The notes: a model not told the origin generated them from the sequence alone. A stretch of 32,000 nt of DNA from an archaeon (GCA_028279805.1 JANQMZ010000007.1:300001-332000); one strand, 5' to 3'; positions 1 to 9,515 are shown, counted from the stretch's first letter. Numbers and translations: made by a program.

Positions 1-5
1 ATGAA

Positions 6-362
6 ATGGATATTGTTGCAAGAGTACTTGAATCGGAATTAAAAAAATATGAAGAACAACAGGCTTTAAGAGATGACAAATTCAAAAAAGTTGTTCATGA
101 ATCAATTGTGGAAGACATCAGAAGAATAACAAATCTTGTGAGTAAAAGTTTAACAAAAAAACCGGAACTTTTAAGCGCTTTCAAGCCCCATAAAACGGCA
201 AAAAGATGGGTTGATGCCACTCACGGGACAGAAATTGTAGCAGGAAAAAAAGTTTTGGAAATTATTGGAAGAAAATGGGTGCCACTGCTTTTTGAAGTAA
301 AACACGGAATAAAAACAGAAAAAAGCGAGAGAAGAACAAGAGTAAGGCATATGAGAAAATAA
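6..362 (+). CDS. hypothetical Lys/Arg-rich protein; the frame is open to the left window edge, so the true start may lie upstream
   Basis: 118-aa ORF in the supplied track with coding-like composition. No motif I recognise. Confidence 0.45.
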   Translation: MDIVARVLESELKKYEEQQALRDDKFKKVVHESIVEDIRRITNLVSKSLTKKPELLSAFKPHKTAKRWVDATHGTEIVAGKKVLEIIGRKWVPLLFEVKHGIKTEKSERRTRVRHMRK

Positions 363-419
363 TTTCTGCGGAAATCCACTCACAAAAGCTTATTACCCTG
401 AAAAGATTATTGTAATCGG

Positions 420-1601
420 ATGGCTATTCCGGAAGAACTGAAAAAAAATTATTACAGGACAATTGCTGTTAAAAGAATTAAAAACAAAGAATTTGTTGGT
501 TCCAGCCCGCCAAGTGTTTTTGTTTCACATTACGGTTATCCAAAAGTGGAAATCAGCCCTGTTTCTCCCACTGAACTGATTCACAATGCAGGAATTTATG
601 ATACGCCTGAAGAATGGTTTGGCGTGCCGGAAGAAAAAATTTTAACAATGAGACATTCACTTGTTCACGCTGTTAAAAAAATTCAGATAAGTGAAGCAAA
701 AAATCCTTCATATGAATTAACATCATTGCAGGAAATTGCAATGAGCAAAAACGCTGTTGATGTTGATGTAAAATTATTAAAAAATCCGACACCTGAAATC
801 AGGTTTTCAGATGTACTGGCTCCAATCGGGCCGAAAGCTTTGCTGAAAAAATTTCAATTTGAAAAAAATCCAAAAATTTCAAAAAAAGTTGACTACATTT
901 CGTCTGATACTGATTTGAAATCTTCCAATGCAATGCTTGAATTATATGATTCAGGCTTAAATGTTTCAAATATTTATAAAATTTTGTCAACCGGTGCTTT
1001 GGGAATTAAAAAAAACAGAAAACTTGTTCCGACAAGATGGTCAATTACAGCAACGGATGATACGTTAAGCAAAAATTTGGTTAATGAAAAAATAAAATTT
1101 TATTCACAAATAGATGAAATTCAGTTGTTTCAGAGTAATTATCTGGATAACAGGTTTTTTGTCATACTTTTTCCGGATGCATGGCAGTATGAAATGCTGG
1201 AATGCTGGCTTGCTTTTGATGCTGTTGACAAATCAAAACCGCCAAAAATAATTCAGGATTTTGAAGGTTATGGAGGCAGAAAAAATTATGCTTCAAATAT
1301 TACTGGAGCATATTATTCTGCAAGGCTCGGAGTAGCCGAATATCTGGAAGAACAAAAAAAACAGGCGGCTGTGCTTGTTTTGAGGGAAATTGGTTCTGAT
1401 TATAAAGTGCCGATGGGCGTCTGGCAAATCAGGGAAAATGTCAGGAATGCAATGCAGGAAAAACCAATGACTTTTTTTGACTCAAAATTGTTATGGAAAT
1501 TTTTATCACAAAAACTTGAAGTGAACATAAAGTATTATAAAAAACTTTCAAAAGTTGTTGATTCAATTGTAAATCAAAAAAAATTATCAGACTGGAATTA
1601 A
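420..1601 (+). CDS. nreA: Nre-family (NreA-like) archaeal DNA repair protein
   Basis: 393 aa. The N-terminal SSPPSVFVSHYGYPKV segment and overall size match my memory of the archaeal Nre family. The C-terminal QKKLSDWN resembles a PCNA-interacting (PIP) tail. Confidence 0.6.
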   Translation: MAIPEELKKNYYRTIAVKRIKNKEFVGSSPPSVFVSHYGYPKVEISPVSPTELIHNAGIYDTPEEWFGVPEEKILTMRHSLVHAVKKIQISEAKNPSYELTSLQEIAMSKNAVDVDVKLLKNPTPEIRFSDVLAPIGPKALLKKFQFEKNPKISKKVDYISSDTDLKSSNAMLELYDSGLNVSNIYKILSTGALGIKKNRKLVPTRWSITATDDTLSKNLVNEKIKFYSQIDEIQLFQSNYLDNRFFVILFPDAWQYEMLECWLAFDAVDKSKPPKIIQDFEGYGGRKNYASNITGAYYSARLGVAEYLEEQKKQAAVLVLREIGSDYKVPMGVWQIRENVRNAMQEKPMTFFDSKLLWKFLSQKLEVNIKYYKKLSKVVDSIVNQKKLSDWN

Positions 1602-2558
1602 TTATTTCATAAATTGTGCCAGCAAAGCTTCAAGCTGAACTCTTTCATTTGCGCCCTCAACCAATCTGAAATTGTATTCTGCAACTGTGTCAATTAATTC
1701 AATTTTTTTCTTATTATTCAAAACTTTTTCATCAAAATCAAGCAACTCACGATATAACTGAATTAACACATCTTCGCCGCCCATTCCATATTCGTACATT
1801 AGTTTGTCTAACAGGTTTCGGGCTTCAATAAACTTTGATTTTAAAGCAAGAGAAATCATTTCCTTTATTTCTTCAGGGCGGGCCTGAGAAGAAACACTGT
1901 AAACATTTTTTTCCGAGATTTTCTGGGAAACAAAAGCAGAGCCCTGTAAAATGTTTATTGCTTTTCTCAAATCTCCCTGTGCAACATAAATAATTGCATC
2001 AATTGCTTTTTTTTCAATGTCAAGTTTTTCAGATTCTGCAATTTCTTTTAATTTTTTTTCAATTTCTTCAGAAGGAATTCCTGTAAACCTGAACACAACA
2101 CATCTTGACTGAAGCGGTTCAATTATTTTTGAAGAAAAATTGCATGATAAAATAAAACGAGCAGTCTGAGTATAACGCTCCATTGTCCGCCTTAAAGCCT
2201 GTTGTGCATCACGTGTTAAAGCATCAGCTTCATCCAAAAAAATTATTTTAAAATCAGCATTAAAAGCAAGAGTTCTGGCAAAATCCTTAATTGTCTGCCT
2301 TACAACGTCTATGCCACGCTCATCTGACGCATTTAATTCTAAAAAATTTTGAGAAAAATTTTCACCATATAATTCTTTTGCCAAGGCGATTGCACAGGAC
2401 GTTTTTCCCACGCCGGCAGGGCCTGAATAAAGCTGGTGCGGAACATTTCTTTTTTCAATATAACTCTTAAGCCTTTGTGAAATGTTTGCCTGCCCAAAAA
2501 CTTCATCAAGCTTTTTAGGCCTGTATTTTTCAACCCATGGAAGCTCTATTTCCATCAA
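1602..2558 (-). CDS. rfcS: replication factor C small subunit (clamp loader AAA+ ATPase)
   Basis: PWVEKYRP N-terminus, Walker A GPAGVGKTS, Walker B IIFLDEAD and the SRC motif (LQSRC). 318 aa is the typical length. Confidence 0.95.
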   Translation of the reverse strand: MMEIELPWVEKYRPKKLDEVFGQANISQRLKSYIEKRNVPHQLYSGPAGVGKTSCAIALAKELYGENFSQNFLELNASDERGIDVVRQTIKDFARTLAFNADFKIIFLDEADALTRDAQQALRRTMERYTQTARFILSCNFSSKIIEPLQSRCVVFRFTGIPSEEIEKKLKEIAESEKLDIEKKAIDAIIYVAQGDLRKAINILQGSAFVSQKISEKNVYSVSSQARPEEIKEMISLALKSKFIEARNLLDKLMYEYGMGGEDVLIQLYRELLDFDEKVLNNKKKIELIDTVAEYNFRLVEGANERVQLEALLAQFMK

Positions 2559-2616
2559 AAAACCTCATTAAAACGTTGAATCTGGATAAATTATTAAGGA
2601 TAGTGGTTTTAAAGTA

Positions 2617-2641
2617 TTGGTAACATTGTAACTTTGTAACC
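2617..2641 (+). repeat. three tandem TTG(G)TAAC units with 8-9 nt period in the divergent RFC / membrane-protein promoter region
   Basis: Read directly: TTGGTAAC (2617-2624), TTGTAAC (2626-2632), TTGTAAC (2634-2640), followed by a degenerate TTGAACA. Confidence 0.4.
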
Positions 2642-2661
2642 TTGAACATACTGGTGAAAAA

Positions 2662-3201
2662 ATGGCTGAAAAAAACAATGATTTGAAGCATTATGTTTTG
2701 ACATTGTTTTTGGTTGTTTTAACATATGTTATAATTTTTTTATTGTCGGCAGTAAAGGGAACACAAAACATTCCCTTAATTAACTATTTTTTGCCTTTCA
2801 ACAACTTTGATTCGCCTTTGTATTTGTTAATGCCTTTGGTCGGATTTTTCTTTGTTTTCACAGGGTTGCCGTGGGCAAAAGAATTTTTTGAAAGCAATTT
2901 TTTAAAATCAAAATTTTTTCCAATTGCTTTTATTTTAACAGGAATGATTGCATTTTATGTAATGTTATACTTTTTTTTCATAGGAGCTGTGTGGGGAACA
3001 CAGGTTCCCATGCAGATATGCGTATGGGATTGTTTAGGACAACAGCAGGCATTGCAGCAGGCAGGATTGGCAGGCTCGGTTCTTTTTTTGGATTATCCAA
3101 ATGAGTTAAGAAACTCGGCTTTTGTTTTGTTTTTATTATCAGGCGTTTTAGGCTGGTTTTCCTTAAAAGTTAAAAAAATTGCAGTTGAAAAATTTTTTTA
3201 A
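2662..3201 (+). CDS. hypothetical integral membrane protein
   Basis: 179 aa with several hydrophobic helices. GGTGA Shine-Dalgarno-like site at 2653-2657 upstream of the ATG. Confidence 0.6.
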   Translation: MAEKNNDLKHYVLTLFLVVLTYVIIFLLSAVKGTQNIPLINYFLPFNNFDSPLYLLMPLVGFFFVFTGLPWAKEFFESNFLKSKFFPIAFILTGMIAFYVMLYFFFIGAVWGTQVPMQICVWDCLGQQQALQQAGLAGSVLFLDYPNELRNSAFVLFLLSGVLGWFSLKVKKIAVEKFF

Positions 3202-3254
3202 ACAAAAAAAAAGCTTTATAACACTTTTATAATGCTAATTACTGGGAGAATAGA

Positions 3255-4001
3255 ATGATTTTTGAACGGGTTTTCAAGGAATATGCTGAAAACATTAAAG
3301 TTGCAATAGCTTTTGCATTGCTTGCATTAATTGTTCCTGTTTTTTCATATTTTGAAAACATTTCAATTGCATCAGGTTCAATGTTCTGGGAATATTCAAC
3401 AGGATTTGAACAAATAAATCTTTTAACATCTTTAATTGCTTTTTTGATTTTCACATGGTTTTATTCTTTGTTTGTTTCCGCAATAATTTTAAGCGTGAGA
3501 AGAAATTTAAGCAAAATACGAATGGATTTTTATTTAACGGAAATGATTCAAAAATTTACAATGAAACTTTTTATTTTTTACACAGTTTTAGGCCTGATTT
3601 TAATACTTGGAGGAACTGTTCTGATAACATCAGGGCTTGATCCTGTGGTGGTTAATGCACTGATTTTAATCGCAGCAAGCGTTTTAATGTTTGTACCGCA
3701 GGCACTTGTTGTCGATGAAACACATATAATGAATGCAGTGAAAGAAAGTTTTGATTTTTTTACAAAAAATTTTAACAAAACAGTTTTGGTTTTATTTTCG
3801 GGTGCTGTAATTCTGGCAGTAATAGGAATAATTGAATATTTTTTGGATTTGACAGCTATAGAATTTTTTGGCGGAAGATTTATTTCACTGATTTTGGTGC
3901 TTGTTTTTGCAATTCCGTTTATTGAAACACTGAAAACATATTTGTACATGTTAAAAATTAATTTAATAAAAGGCTTTGAATCAGCTCATCATAAAAAGTA
4001 A
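3255..4001 (+). CDS. hypothetical integral membrane protein (about 6 TM segments)
   Basis: 248-aa ORF, strongly hydrophobic, with GGGAG upstream of the ATG. No recognised family. Confidence 0.6.
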   Translation: MIFERVFKEYAENIKVAIAFALLALIVPVFSYFENISIASGSMFWEYSTGFEQINLLTSLIAFLIFTWFYSLFVSAIILSVRRNLSKIRMDFYLTEMIQKFTMKLFIFYTVLGLILILGGTVLITSGLDPVVVNALILIAASVLMFVPQALVVDETHIMNAVKESFDFFTKNFNKTVLVLFSGAVILAVIGIIEYFLDLTAIEFFGGRFISLILVLVFAIPFIETLKTYLYMLKINLIKGFESAHHKK

Positions 4002-4041
4002 AATGCCTTTATTAAAAAAAAACTTTTTTTTGTGGTAAAAA

Positions 4042-6633
4042 ATGTCAATAAAATTTCAAACAGAAAAATATTCGGATAAAGAAATTTATTCAAATTTAAA
4101 TCCGTTGCTGGGAGAATGGTTTTATAAAAAATTTAAAACATTTACAGAGCCGCAAAGATACGCGGTTTTAAACATTCATAAAAACAAAAACACTTTAATC
4201 AGTGCTCCGACAGGAACTGGAAAAACATTGTCAGCATTTTCAGCAATATTAAGTGAATTAATAACATTATCTGAACATGAGCAGCTGGAAGACAGAATTT
4301 ACTGCATTTACATCAGCCCGTTAAGAGCATTGTCAAGAGACATTGAAAAAAACTTAAATGAGCCGTTAAAAGAAATAAAAAAACAGGCAAAAAAGAAAAA
4401 CAAAAAAATTAACATCCGCATCGGAGTAAGAACAGGTGATACAACTGTTAGTGAGAGAGCTAAAATGGCTAAAAAACCGCCTCATATTCTGATTACAACA
4501 CCGGAGTCACTGGCAATACTTTTGAATGCGCCAAAATTCAGGGAAAATTTGTTTAAAGCAAAATGGGTTATAATTGACGAAATTCACGCATTAGCTGAAA
4601 ACAAAAGAGGCGTGCATTTGTCTTTAAGTTTGGAGCGACTTCAGCACCATAATCCGGATTTTTGCCGGATCGGTTTAAGTGCAACTATTTCTCCGCTGGA
4701 AAACGTGGCAAACTTTTTGGTTGGAATGGAAAAAGACAAGCCAAGAAATTGTAATATTGTTAATGTACAATTTTTGAAAAACCTGGATATAAAAGTTTTA
4801 AGCCCTTTGCCTGATTTGATTAACACAACACAGGAACAAATTTCAAAAAAACTTTATGAAAAGCTTGATAAACTAATTCAAAAACATAAAACAACACTTG
4901 TTTTTACAAATACAAGAGCAGCAACAGAACGCGTTGTAAATCATTTAAAAGAAAAATTTTCAAAAAACTATTTGAGTAATATTGGAGCGCATCATTCGTC
5001 TGTTAGTCGGGAAAAAAGACTGGAAATTGAAGACAAGTTAAAACAAGGAAAATTAAAAGCATGCGTGTCATCAACATCTTTGGAACTGGGAATAGACATT
5101 GGTTATATTGATTTAGTTTTATTGCTTGGCTCTCCCAAAAGCATTTCAAGAGCTTTGCAAAGAATTGGAAGATCAGGACACAAACTTCATGATACAATTA
5201 AAGGCAGGTTAATTGTTTTGGACAGGGATGACTTAATTGAATGCTCTGTTTTGTTAAAAAATGCAAAAGAATCACATATTGACAGAATTCACATTCCGGA
5301 AAACTGTTTGGATGTTCTGGCTCAGCAAATTTACGGAATTGCAATTGCGCAACAGATTAAAGAAAAAGATGTTTTAAAAATTGTAAAAGGAAGCTATTGT
5401 TACAAAGAATTGCCTAAAAGCGATTTTAATGAGGTTTTGGAGTATTTAAGCGGGGAATATTCGGAGTTGGAAGTGAGGCATGTTTATGCAAAAATTTGGC
5501 GGGATAAAGAAACAAAAATGATTGGAAAAAGAGGAAAACTTGCAAGAGTTATTTACATGACAAACATTGGAACAATTCCTGATGAAGCCAGAATAAAAGT
5601 AAAAATCAAAGATGCTGTTTTGGGAACAATTGATGAACATTTTCTGGAAAGAATGAAACCAGGAGATGTGTTTGTCTTAGGCGGAGAAAAATATGAATTC
5701 AGGTATACAAGAGGAAACACTTTACAGGTTAAAGCAGCGGAATTCAGGCCGCCAACAGTGCCAAGCTGGGTTTCGGAAATGCTGCCATTAAGTTTTGATT
5801 TGGCTAATGAAATTCAAAAATTTCGGTTTTTATTAAATGAAAAATTTGAATTAAAAAAATCAAAAAAAGAAATAATCAAATTCATTAATGATTATTTGTA
5901 TTGTGACAAAAATGCCGCAGAAGCTGTTTATAATTATTTTAATGAACAGTTTTTGTTTGCAAAAATTCCTCATTCAAAAAAACTTTTAGTGGAACAGATA
6001 AAAGATGAAACGGGCAACCATTTAATTTTTCATTCACTTTATGGCCGGAGAGTAAACGATGTTTTAAGCAGGGCATTTGCATGGATTTTTTCAAAATCAG
6101 TTCACAGAGATGTTGCAATAACAATTAACGATAACGGTTTTGTTTTATCCGCGGATACAGCCCTGCCTTTTGAAAAAGCGTTGAATGCAATACTAAAAGA
6201 GGATATTGAAAAAATTGCAAAATTTTCCATCAGGGATTCAGAGGTGTTAAAAAGGCGTTTCAGGCATTGTGCTGCCCGTTCCTTAATGATTTTAAGGAAT
6301 TATAAGGGTAGGACAAAAAGTGTTGGCAGACAACAGATGAGTTCAAGGTTATTGTTGTTGTCAGTTTATGGAATCAGTGAAGATTTTCCAATTTTAAAAG
6401 AAGCCCGCAGGGAAGTATTGGAAGATTTAATGGATATAAACAGTGCAAAAAAAGTAATAGAATCAATTAAAGACGGAAAAATAAAAATTGAAAAAATTTT
6501 CAGCGAAACTCCGAGCCCCTTCGCTTTCAATGTTTATGCATTCGGAAGATTTGACCTTGTCAGAATGGAAAACAGGTTGGAATTTATCAAAAGAATGCAT
6601 CAAAAAGTTTTAAACAAAATAGAAAACAAATAA
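4042..6633 (+). CDS. lhr: Lhr-like superfamily-2 DEAD/DEAH-box helicase
   Basis: Motif I APTGTGKT, motif II DEIH, motif VI QRIGRSGH, and a long C-terminal DEAD-associated region. 863 aa. Confidence 0.9.
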   Translation: MSIKFQTEKYSDKEIYSNLNPLLGEWFYKKFKTFTEPQRYAVLNIHKNKNTLISAPTGTGKTLSAFSAILSELITLSEHEQLEDRIYCIYISPLRALSRDIEKNLNEPLKEIKKQAKKKNKKINIRIGVRTGDTTVSERAKMAKKPPHILITTPESLAILLNAPKFRENLFKAKWVIIDEIHALAENKRGVHLSLSLERLQHHNPDFCRIGLSATISPLENVANFLVGMEKDKPRNCNIVNVQFLKNLDIKVLSPLPDLINTTQEQISKKLYEKLDKLIQKHKTTLVFTNTRAATERVVNHLKEKFSKNYLSNIGAHHSSVSREKRLEIEDKLKQGKLKACVSSTSLELGIDIGYIDLVLLLGSPKSISRALQRIGRSGHKLHDTIKGRLIVLDRDDLIECSVLLKNAKESHIDRIHIPENCLDVLAQQIYGIAIAQQIKEKDVLKIVKGSYCYKELPKSDFNEVLEYLSGEYSELEVRHVYAKIWRDKETKMIGKRGKLARVIYMTNIGTIPDEARIKVKIKDAVLGTIDEHFLERMKPGDVFVLGGEKYEFRYTRGNTLQVKAAEFRPPTVPSWVSEMLPLSFDLANEIQKFRFLLNEKFELKKSKKEIIKFINDYLYCDKNAAEAVYNYFNEQFLFAKIPHSKKLLVEQIKDETGNHLIFHSLYGRRVNDVLSRAFAWIFSKSVHRDVAITINDNGFVLSADTALPFEKALNAILKEDIEKIAKFSIRDSEVLKRRFRHCAARSLMILRNYKGRTKSVGRQQMSSRLLLLSVYGISEDFPILKEARREVLEDLMDINSAKKVIESIKDGKIKIEKIFSETPSPFAFNVYAFGRFDLVRMENRLEFIKRMHQKVLNKIENK

Positions 6634-6647
6634 AAAAAAATGATAAA

Positions 6648-7370
6648 ATGAATAACAAAATAAGCTCCGGAGTAAAAGCTGTTGGATTGGGATTGTTTTT
6701 TGAAAAAGAATCAGTTTTGGCAATAGCTGATTTCCAGTTGGGTTACGAGGAACACTTGCATAAAAAAGGTTTTTTGATTCCAAGGTTTAATTTTAAAAAA
6801 ATTAAGCAAATGTTAAAAAAAATGTTTCAAAAAACGGGAAAATTGAAAAAAATAATAATTAATGGTGACTTAAAACATGAATTTGGTTCTGTTTCAGAAC
6901 AGGAATGGAAAGAAGTTATTGAAATTTTAAGATTTATTCAGAAAAACTGTGAAAAAATAGTTTTGGTTAAAGGAAATCATGACAATTTTTTGAAACCTGT
7001 TGCAAAATGGGAAAATTTGAAAATTGTGGATGAATTTTTTTTGGGAAAAATATTGTTTGTGCATGGCCATAAAATTCCTAAAAAAAGTTTGTTAAAAAAA
7101 TCTGAAACAATTGTTATAGCACATGAACATCCTGCAATAGTTTTAAGTGAAGGAATTAAAAGTGAAAAATTCAAATGTTTTTTAAAAGGAAAATTTAAAG
7201 AAAAAGAATTGATTGTTTTGCCTTCAATGAATTTTGTTGCAGAAGGGACAGATGTTTTAAATGACAGGCTTTTAAGCCCTTTTTTAAAACAAGCTGAATT
7301 GAAAGAATTTGAAGCATGGCTGTTTGAAGAAAAACCATATTATTTTGGAAAATTAAAACAGATTGAATAA
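6648..7370 (+). CDS. calcineurin-like metallophosphoesterase (PdeM / COG1407-like, helicase-associated)
   Basis: Motifs GDLKHEF, GNHD, HGH and HEHP. It starts 14 nt after the Lhr stop. Confidence 0.8.
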   Translation: MNNKISSGVKAVGLGLFFEKESVLAIADFQLGYEEHLHKKGFLIPRFNFKKIKQMLKKMFQKTGKLKKIIINGDLKHEFGSVSEQEWKEVIEILRFIQKNCEKIVLVKGNHDNFLKPVAKWENLKIVDEFFLGKILFVHGHKIPKKSLLKKSETIVIAHEHPAIVLSEGIKSEKFKCFLKGKFKEKELIVLPSMNFVAEGTDVLNDRLLSPFLKQAELKEFEAWLFEEKPYYFGKLKQIE

Positions 7371-7381
7371 AAAAAAAGGAA

Positions 7382-7402
7382 AAGAGAGTTTTTAACTCTC
7401 TT
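7382..7402. terminator. perfect 9-bp hairpin between convergent genes (possible bidirectional terminator)
   Basis: AAGAGAGTT (7382-7390), loop TTT, AACTCTCTT (7394-7402). Includes a T5 run and lies between the 7370 and 7423 gene ends. Confidence 0.5.
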
Positions 7403-7422
7403 AATGGTTACCGTGAATATTG

Positions 7423-9423
7423 TTATGTCTGAATTACTATGTCCACAGTAGTATCCGTTCCTGATGTTAAAGCTCTTCCAAGCTTTAATCTTCCAGGTGA
7501 ATTGTCTCTTCTTGCTTTTCCATCATTGTCATTCGTTGAAACAACAAAGTCTGCTGCATTAACTGAACCGCTTACATTTACTGTAGCTCGGCCCGTTGTT
7601 TGTACGTAGATTGTTGTCAGATTTGGTCCTCCGATGCGGACAACTCCTAAAACTCTTCGTCTTGAGTTTGAAACAGTTGTTGTTGCAAACTCGACGCTAT
7701 TGTCATTATCCGAATCAATTACAACAACATCGCCTTTGCTCACAGTTGAACCAGTTCTGTTCGTAACAGCCACTGTTGTAAACACTTCATTCGTATTCGC
7801 AGTAATGTTCACATCCCCGGTGTTAGCATTAACATCAATACCATAACCACCAAAGATCTTAGTCACACCACCAGAACTAGAATCGGACCATGAAAGGTTT
7901 CCCGAACCGTCTGTACTCAAAACCTGTCCGCTTGAACCGTCGCTGTCAGGCAAAACCCAGATTTGGTCTGCACTTAAAGCAGGTGATTCAAAACCAACAT
8001 AGTTTGAAGCTTCGTAAAACCTTAACTCCTTGTTGTTGCCGGTTAAATTCAGGTTACCTGAAGTTGTTAGTGTTTCTGATGTAATGTCAATTGAATTGTC
8101 TCCAAAAGCCATTGACGTGTCTGTTCCAGCTGAAGCGTCAAAAGTCCAAGTGAATAGTGAACCGTTGCCCCAGGTTGTTGTCAAAATTTCTGTAGCGTCA
8201 AAGATTAGTGTCAGAACATCTCCGACAATGCTTGTGTCAATTCCTGTTCCGCCAGTTACTGTTAAAGTGTCACCGTTCATGTCTGCAGAAGTTGTGCCGC
8301 TGTCTGAAGTGAATGTTAGCCAGTAGTTTAAGTCGCTTCCGGCACTACCTTGATTTGGTTCCTGGGCTCCAAAAGTGATTAACGAGTTATCTTCAGATTT
8401 GAACAAAAGTTTTACTTCATTATCACTTAATGTTCCTTCGTAAACTTTCACTTCATCTACTATTCCTTCAAAAGGAAAACTTGACCCGTTGTAGGCTACT
8501 CCTACCCTGGTTGTTGCCCATACTGGTGGAAACTCTCCTGTGCTGTTTGTTCTTTCCAGAACACCGTCAACGTATATTTTCCAGTCACTTGAAGTTAATG
8601 TTCCTGTTCTTACTGCAACCAAATGATGGTATTGGTTGTCGTTTACTGTTGTTGTACTGCAAACACTTCCCCAGGCATCTGTGTGGTCATTTTCGTAAAC
8701 ACAGAATTTGTGGTCTGCGCCATTCCAGTCAGTTGGTGTTCCGATTCCCAGCTGCATTATTTTGTTATTGCCGGCTGTTCCTCCACCGTAAAGAATGACA
8801 TCATTCGGAGTGTTTTCTGTTTTAATCCACATTAAATAGGAATGGTTTCCGTTTTCAATAGTGTTTGCCAGATAGGAACTGTCATTTGTTCCGTCAAAAT
8901 CCAAGGAATTTGCAAGTTTTCCTGCAGCATACCCTAAACCGTTTTCCAGTGTCATTGTGTTACTGTTTCCTGTTGCTGATGTTGCAGCATCGTTTAAATG
9001 CCATACATAATTGTAGTCAGCGGGATATGTTCCTGAAGAATCCTGATTGTCTGTTGCTGTAGAGTTACCATAGTACATGTAGATGTGAATATTTGAAGAC
9101 GATTCAAAGGTATCAGTTACTTTTACCCATGAAAACATGTCGTCGCTTGTATGGTCAAAGTCTTCAATGTGGTATTTCAGTTCTGTATTATCATCTTCTG
9201 CGATAAAACGAACATCTTCACCAGCTGCCTTGACATTGTCCCAAAAACCCGTGTTTGAAGATGTTACTTTAACCAAAATTGGATGGTCATTTGTAACATC
9301 CCCTGACAGACTTGAGGTGTCAAGAGTTAGTTTTTGTCTGTATGACCAGTCTTCATTCCACCATGCTGAAACAGTGGTGGAAAGTAAGGCCAGACAGACC
9401 AATATTAGAATTGATCTTTTCAT
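7423..9423 (-). CDS. secreted DUF2341 + LamG (laminin-G-like) surface protein with a Thr/Ser/Gly-rich, tail-fibre-like C-terminal half
   Basis: Signal peptide MKRSILILVCLALLSTTVSA, then WWNEDWSYRQKLTLD (DUF2341-type start). LDFDGTND...IYVDGV...GIVDEVKVY is a LamG pattern. GGAGG lies 8 nt upstream of ATG 9423; the track start 9465 is less likely. Confidence 0.8.
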   Translation of the reverse strand: MKRSILILVCLALLSTTVSAWWNEDWSYRQKLTLDTSSLSGDVTNDHPILVKVTSSNTGFWDNVKAAGEDVRFIAEDDNTELKYHIEDFDHTSDDMFSWVKVTDTFESSSNIHIYMYYGNSTATDNQDSSGTYPADYNYVWHLNDAATSATGNSNTMTLENGLGYAAGKLANSLDFDGTNDSSYLANTIENGNHSYLMWIKTENTPNDVILYGGGTAGNNKIMQLGIGTPTDWNGADHKFCVYENDHTDAWGSVCSTTTVNDNQYHHLVAVRTGTLTSSDWKIYVDGVLERTNSTGEFPPVWATTRVGVAYNGSSFPFEGIVDEVKVYEGTLSDNEVKLLFKSEDNSLITFGAQEPNQGSAGSDLNYWLTFTSDSGTTSADMNGDTLTVTGGTGIDTSIVGDVLTLIFDATEILTTTWGNGSLFTWTFDASAGTDTSMAFGDNSIDITSETLTTSGNLNLTGNNKELRFYEASNYVGFESPALSADQIWVLPDSDGSSGQVLSTDGSGNLSWSDSSSGGVTKIFGGYGIDVNANTGDVNITANTNEVFTTVAVTNRTGSTVSKGDVVVIDSDNDNSVEFATTTVSNSRRRVLGVVRIGGPNLTTIYVQTTGRATVNVSGSVNAADFVVSTNDNDGKARRDNSPGRLKLGRALTSGTDTTVDIVIQT

Positions 9424-9515
9424 CTGATCAACCTCCCTCTTTTTAATGGTACAAATTTGAAACAATCTTTTAATAAATGTTAAAGAGTCAAAATTTCCGT
9501 TGAAAAAAGTTAAGG

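Noticed and set aside
7634-9427. Plus-strand ORFs (7634-7846, 7890-8084, 8030-8326, 8430-8798, 8623-8835, 8865-9062, 9137-9427) inside the LamG gene
   Set aside because: All are antisense to a long, motif-supported CDS. Their peptides are low-complexity or Cys/Leu-rich with no features. This is typical shadow-ORF behaviour in a relatively GC-richer gene.
9424-9465. N-terminal extensions in the ORF track: LamG protein from 9465, PHP protein from 14157, surface protein from 17187, antiporter from 27233, second platform protein from 30512
   Set aside because: Internal ATGs are better supported. ATG 9423 and ATG 14094 have SD sites (GGAGG, AGGTG), and 9423 and 17196 place the signal peptide at the true N-terminus. 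ATG 30539 forms an ATGA overlap with the upstream stop, and ATG 27248 is positioned for a leaderless mRNA downstream of a TATA-like box. The extensions start at TTG or add non-homologous residues.
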